This document shows positions 61,089 through 64,000 of a DNA stretch of 64,000 nt, in pieces. This DNA is from Terriglobia bacterium. Lineage in GTDB: Bacteria; Acidobacteriota; Terriglobia; JAJPHL01; JAPKYU01. Where the stretch lies: assembly GCA_965206645.1 (NCBI GenBank), contig CBDBKE010000003.1, positions 640,001 through 704,000 of the forward strand, in the 5' to 3' direction. A program made the position numbers and the translations under genes. Numbering within the stretch: the first letter of the stretch is position 1; each line of letters opens with the position of its first letter. The notes under the pieces are model-generated. The model ran no database searches and had not been told where the DNA came from. It saw only the letters and a list, made by a program, of their open reading frames with translations.

Positions 61089-61943
61089 TCATACCAGGCT
61101 GGCGGAGCCCAGGGCCCCGATGATGAAATAGACCGCAAAGGGTGACTCCTGCATGGGCAGGTGGATGTTCATGCCGTAAAAGCCGGTCACCACCACCAGG
61201 GGGATGCTGATGGTCCCGATGATGGTGAGCAATTTCACGACGTCGCCGGTGCGGTTGGCGACCGCCGACAGGTAAATGTCCAGGGCGCCGGTGAGCAGGT
61301 CGCGGTAGCTCTCGATGAAGTCCAGCGCGCGCACCAAGTGGTCGTAGACGTCGCGGTAATAGGGATAGAGGCTGTTGGGCTGCTCGGGCCGCTCCGCCCG
61401 CATCAGGTGGTTAAGCACTTCGCGCATCGCCGTGGCATTGCGCCGGAACGCGACCAGCACAGACTTCAGGTGGAGAATCTTTTGCAGCACCTCGGGGGTG
61501 GGCCTCGCCAGGACCTCATCCTCGATGGCCTCAATCATGTTGCCCACCTCGTCCAGCACCGGCTGGTACTCATCCACCGCCCGGTCCATCAGCAGGTAGG
61601 CGACGCCTTGGGCGTGGTGGAATTCCGGCTCCTGGGGCAGTTTCTCCTGGGTGCGGGCCACAACGCTGGTGGACCCCTCAGCCACCGTCAGCAGCAACTG
61701 GGGCAGGATAAACAGATCGAAGTCTTCAAACAGAACTTCTCCGGTGGCTTGGTCATATTGCACGGTCTTGATGACCACGAAGTTGTAGTTGGCCTGGCTG
61801 GTCAACTTGGCCACTTGGCGGCGGTGCCGGCAGTCCTCCACGTCCAGTTCGTGCAATCCGTGCTGCTGCGCCAGCAAGTCCAGCGCTGTGTCGTCGGGGT
61901 CCGTAAGGTGAATCCAGGGGACGCCGGGAAACGGTTCCGCCAT
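61089..61943 (-). CDS. corA: CorA Mg/Co transporter, C-terminus clipped by IS21
   Basis: HELDVEDC, YYRDVYDH, GFYGMN; the stop codon comes from the IS21 end. Confidence 0.85.
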   Translation of the reverse strand: MAEPFPGVPWIHLTDPDDTALDLLAQQHGLHELDVEDCRHRRQVAKLTSQANYNFVVIKTVQYDQATGEVLFEDFDLFILPQLLLTVAEGSTSVVARTQEKLPQEPEFHHAQGVAYLLMDRAVDEYQPVLDEVGNMIEAIEDEVLARPTPEVLQKILHLKSVLVAFRRNATAMREVLNHLMRAERPEQPNSLYPYYRDVYDHLVRALDFIESYRDLLTGALDIYLSAVANRTGDVVKLLTIIGTISIPLVVVTGFYGMNIHLPMQESPFAVYFIIGALGSASLV

Positions 61944-62233
61944 GGCTATCTTTCAATCAATGGGATTTCCAACGCCCGTAGTCTAGTGCCGTTCCAGCTT
62001 GATTTGCTAGTCACTTGGTTTGCGGCAGCTAGCCAAAAAACAGCTGGAACAGCGCTGGTCGAAACCCTTTCCCCGCCGTCTGCCGCTGCTCGGCCCGCGC
62101 TCCGGACCAGGCACCCAGGGTGCCTCGTGGCGAGCCGGCCTCTGGCACAAAGCTCGAATTCCCCCGGCCGGGGTTTCCGTGCTAGATTAGTGTCCTCGTT
62201 CGGACAAGAAATTCTGTTGGGAGAAGAGGTCTT

Positions 62234-63364
62234 ATGGCGGAAGCCGTTGCCAAAGCTGGTTTGGAAGGAGTGGTCGCTGCGGATTCTTCGATCTGCTTTA
62301 TCGACGGGGAGGCGGGCATTCTCAGTTACCGGGGTTATAACATCCATACGCTGGCCGAAAACGCCACCTTCGAGGAAACAGCGTACCTGCTTTGGTTTGG
62401 ACGCCTGCCAAGGCGCGCCGAACTGGAGGAGCTCCAGCAAAAACTGGCCGCCGCGCGGGGCTTGCCGGCGGCGGTCACGGACTTCCTCCGCGCACTGCCG
62501 CCGAAAACGGTCCCCATGCACATGCTACGCACCGCTGTGTCGGCGCTGGGCGTCTACGACCCGGACGCGGAAGACATGTCGGAGCAGGCCAATGTGGCCA
62601 AGGCCATCCGGCTGACGGCCCAGATGGGCACCATAGTTGCGGCCTTCGCGCGCCTGCGCAATGGAAAGAAACCGGTGGATCCGGACCCGGCGCTCTCCTA
62701 CGCGGCGAATTTCCTTTACATGCTGAACGGGACTCACCCGGCTGAAGTGTCGGCCAAGACGCTGGACATCGCCTTAATCCTGCACGCCGACCACGAGTTC
62801 AACGCCTCCACCTTTGCCGGGCGAGTGACAGCGGGTACGCTGGCCGACCTGCATTCGGCGGTGACCTCAGCGCTGGGCGCGCTAAAGGGACCGCTGCATG
62901 GTGGAGCCAACCAGGCGGTGATGAAGATACTGGCGCCGATCGGCAGCGCCGACGAGGCCGTGGCTCACGTGCGGGAGATGCTGGCCGCCAAGAAGAAGGT
63001 GCCCGGGTTCGGGCACCGCGTCTATCGAACCGAAGACCCGCGCGCCACGCACCTGCGCCGCATGTCGGAAGCTCTTGGGCGCCAGCACAACGATCCGAAG
63101 TGGTTTGAAATGTCGCGGGCCATCGAGCAGTTGGTGAACAGCGAAAAGCGGCTCAATGCCAACGTGGACTTTTACTCAGCTTCCACCTACCACGTGCTGG
63201 GTATCCCCATTGACCTGTTCACCCCGGTGTTCGCTATGAGCCGGATCACAGGCTGGACCGCGCATTTCCTGGAGCAGTATGCCAACAACCGCCTGATCCG
63301 TCCGCGCTCGGCCTACGTCGGCCCGCCCGTGGGGCAGCCCTGGGTTCCTATCGAGCAGCGGTAG
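62234..63364 (+). CDS. Citrate synthase (type I / 2-methylcitrate synthase-like)
   Basis: LHADHEFNAST, GPLHGGAN, GFGHRVY, NVDFYS. Confidence 0.93.
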   Translation: MAEAVAKAGLEGVVAADSSICFIDGEAGILSYRGYNIHTLAENATFEETAYLLWFGRLPRRAELEELQQKLAAARGLPAAVTDFLRALPPKTVPMHMLRTAVSALGVYDPDAEDMSEQANVAKAIRLTAQMGTIVAAFARLRNGKKPVDPDPALSYAANFLYMLNGTHPAEVSAKTLDIALILHADHEFNASTFAGRVTAGTLADLHSAVTSALGALKGPLHGGANQAVMKILAPIGSADEAVAHVREMLAAKKKVPGFGHRVYRTEDPRATHLRRMSEALGRQHNDPKWFEMSRAIEQLVNSEKRLNANVDFYSASTYHVLGIPIDLFTPVFAMSRITGWTAHFLEQYANNRLIRPRSAYVGPPVGQPWVPIEQR

Positions 63365-63446
63365 GGCTGCAGGGGCCGAGGTTCAAAGCTCGAAGTCCAA
63401 GGCCCAGAATCCAAAGGCCCAGACTCTAAGACTCGCTGGCGTCCCG

Positions 63447-63683
63447 CTACCGTCTCTTGGGTTGCGCCGACTGCCCGCTGCCTTCCATCTCCTCGACCCA
63501 CTTTAGAAAAGCCCGCAGGCGTCGTCGCTCCCGCCACAGGAACCGCCAAAATTCTCCGAACCCGATCCGCTCCGCCCTGCCGCCAGCGTAGGTTTCGATG
63601 CGCCAGCGCAGATAGGGACTGCGCCATGGCCGGAGCCGATGGCCGCGCGAGACGACCCACAGGAACCGCAGGGCGGACCGCAT
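63447..63683 (-). CDS. Small conserved hypothetical protein
   Basis: RFLW...GHRLRPWRSPYLRWRIETY; start is uncertain. Confidence 0.6.
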   Translation of the reverse strand: MRSALRFLWVVSRGHRLRPWRSPYLRWRIETYAGGRAERIGFGEFWRFLWRERRRLRAFLKWVEEMEGSGQSAQPKRR

Positions 63684-63785
63684 CCCCGGGCATTGAACCA
63701 CAAAGCCACAACGGAAGGTACATGGTTCGGGCCCGAGGAGTTACTTGCAAGAAGTGAGGACAGAGCCGGAAGAGACGGCGGGGAC

Positions 63786-64000
63786 CTATCCCCCCGGGCG
63801 GCGGGCGATCGCCGACTTGGACTCGGCGGTAGCGTAGTAGCCTGTCCGGGTGCGCACGAAGAGCCTGCCCTTCCCCGGCGCATGGACCTTGACCTTCACG
63901 GAGCGATAGCCGCCGTCAGCGGCCGCGTTGGAAGGCTTGTAGGTCAGCAAGTACTGGTTTCGGATGTCGTGCGCGATCCTGGCAGCAATTCCTTCCACCT
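63786..64000 (-). CDS. VWA domain protein, C-terminal part; 5' end outside the window
   Basis: IAHDIRNQYLLTYKP...VRTRTGYYA. Confidence 0.8.
   Translation of the reverse strand, partial: VEGIAARIAHDIRNQYLLTYKPSNAAADGGYRSVKVKVHAPGKGRLFVRTRTGYYATAESKSAIARRPGG

Larger units (their letters stand above)
55311..61093 (-). mobile_element. IS21 family element (about 2.6 kb net) with IS1380 and IS1595 nested near its two ends
   Basis: Ends TGTCAAGGGCGGAGTAAAACTAGACCA and TATGAACGCCGGAGCAATAATAGACCA with subterminal repeats; no TSD. Confidence 0.85.

Overview
GC-rich bacterial chromosomal window, most likely Acidobacteriota (inferred from acidobacterial-type VWA proteins, conserved hypotheticals and REP-like elements). 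The core genes are a lytic transglycosylase and AmiC, a DASS transporter, a GT-C glycosyltransferase, a sirtuin, gcvT-H-PA-PB, an aminotransferase, pyk, bamA-skp, a hybrid sufBCDSUT-Rrf2-iscS-iscA operon, a type IV minor-pilin cluster, a thiolase, a PilZ protein, corA and citrate synthase. Two accessory regions (about 17-20 kb and 45-61 kb) are heavily disrupted by IS30, IS1380, IS3, IS21 and IS1595 elements, most with recoverable terminal repeats and target duplications. The strongest finding is that ORFs 11374-13299 and 13321-14418 are in frame and separated only by one TGA, which is followed by a canonical bacterial SECIS-like hairpin. This predicts a single exported ~978-aa selenoprotein (NTF2-like + FG-GAP propeller + Sec + ASPIC/UnbV + TlpA CxxC). 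Other highlights: two unlisted small proteins (an 11-Cys 53-mer and a 13-Lys 21-mer), a half-length IS1380 with a perfect target duplication, a tRNA-Val 5' half with att-like features, a tandem array of ribosome-binding sites, and a QueG-like/SCP2 fusion. All calls come from reading the sequence; no database searches were run.
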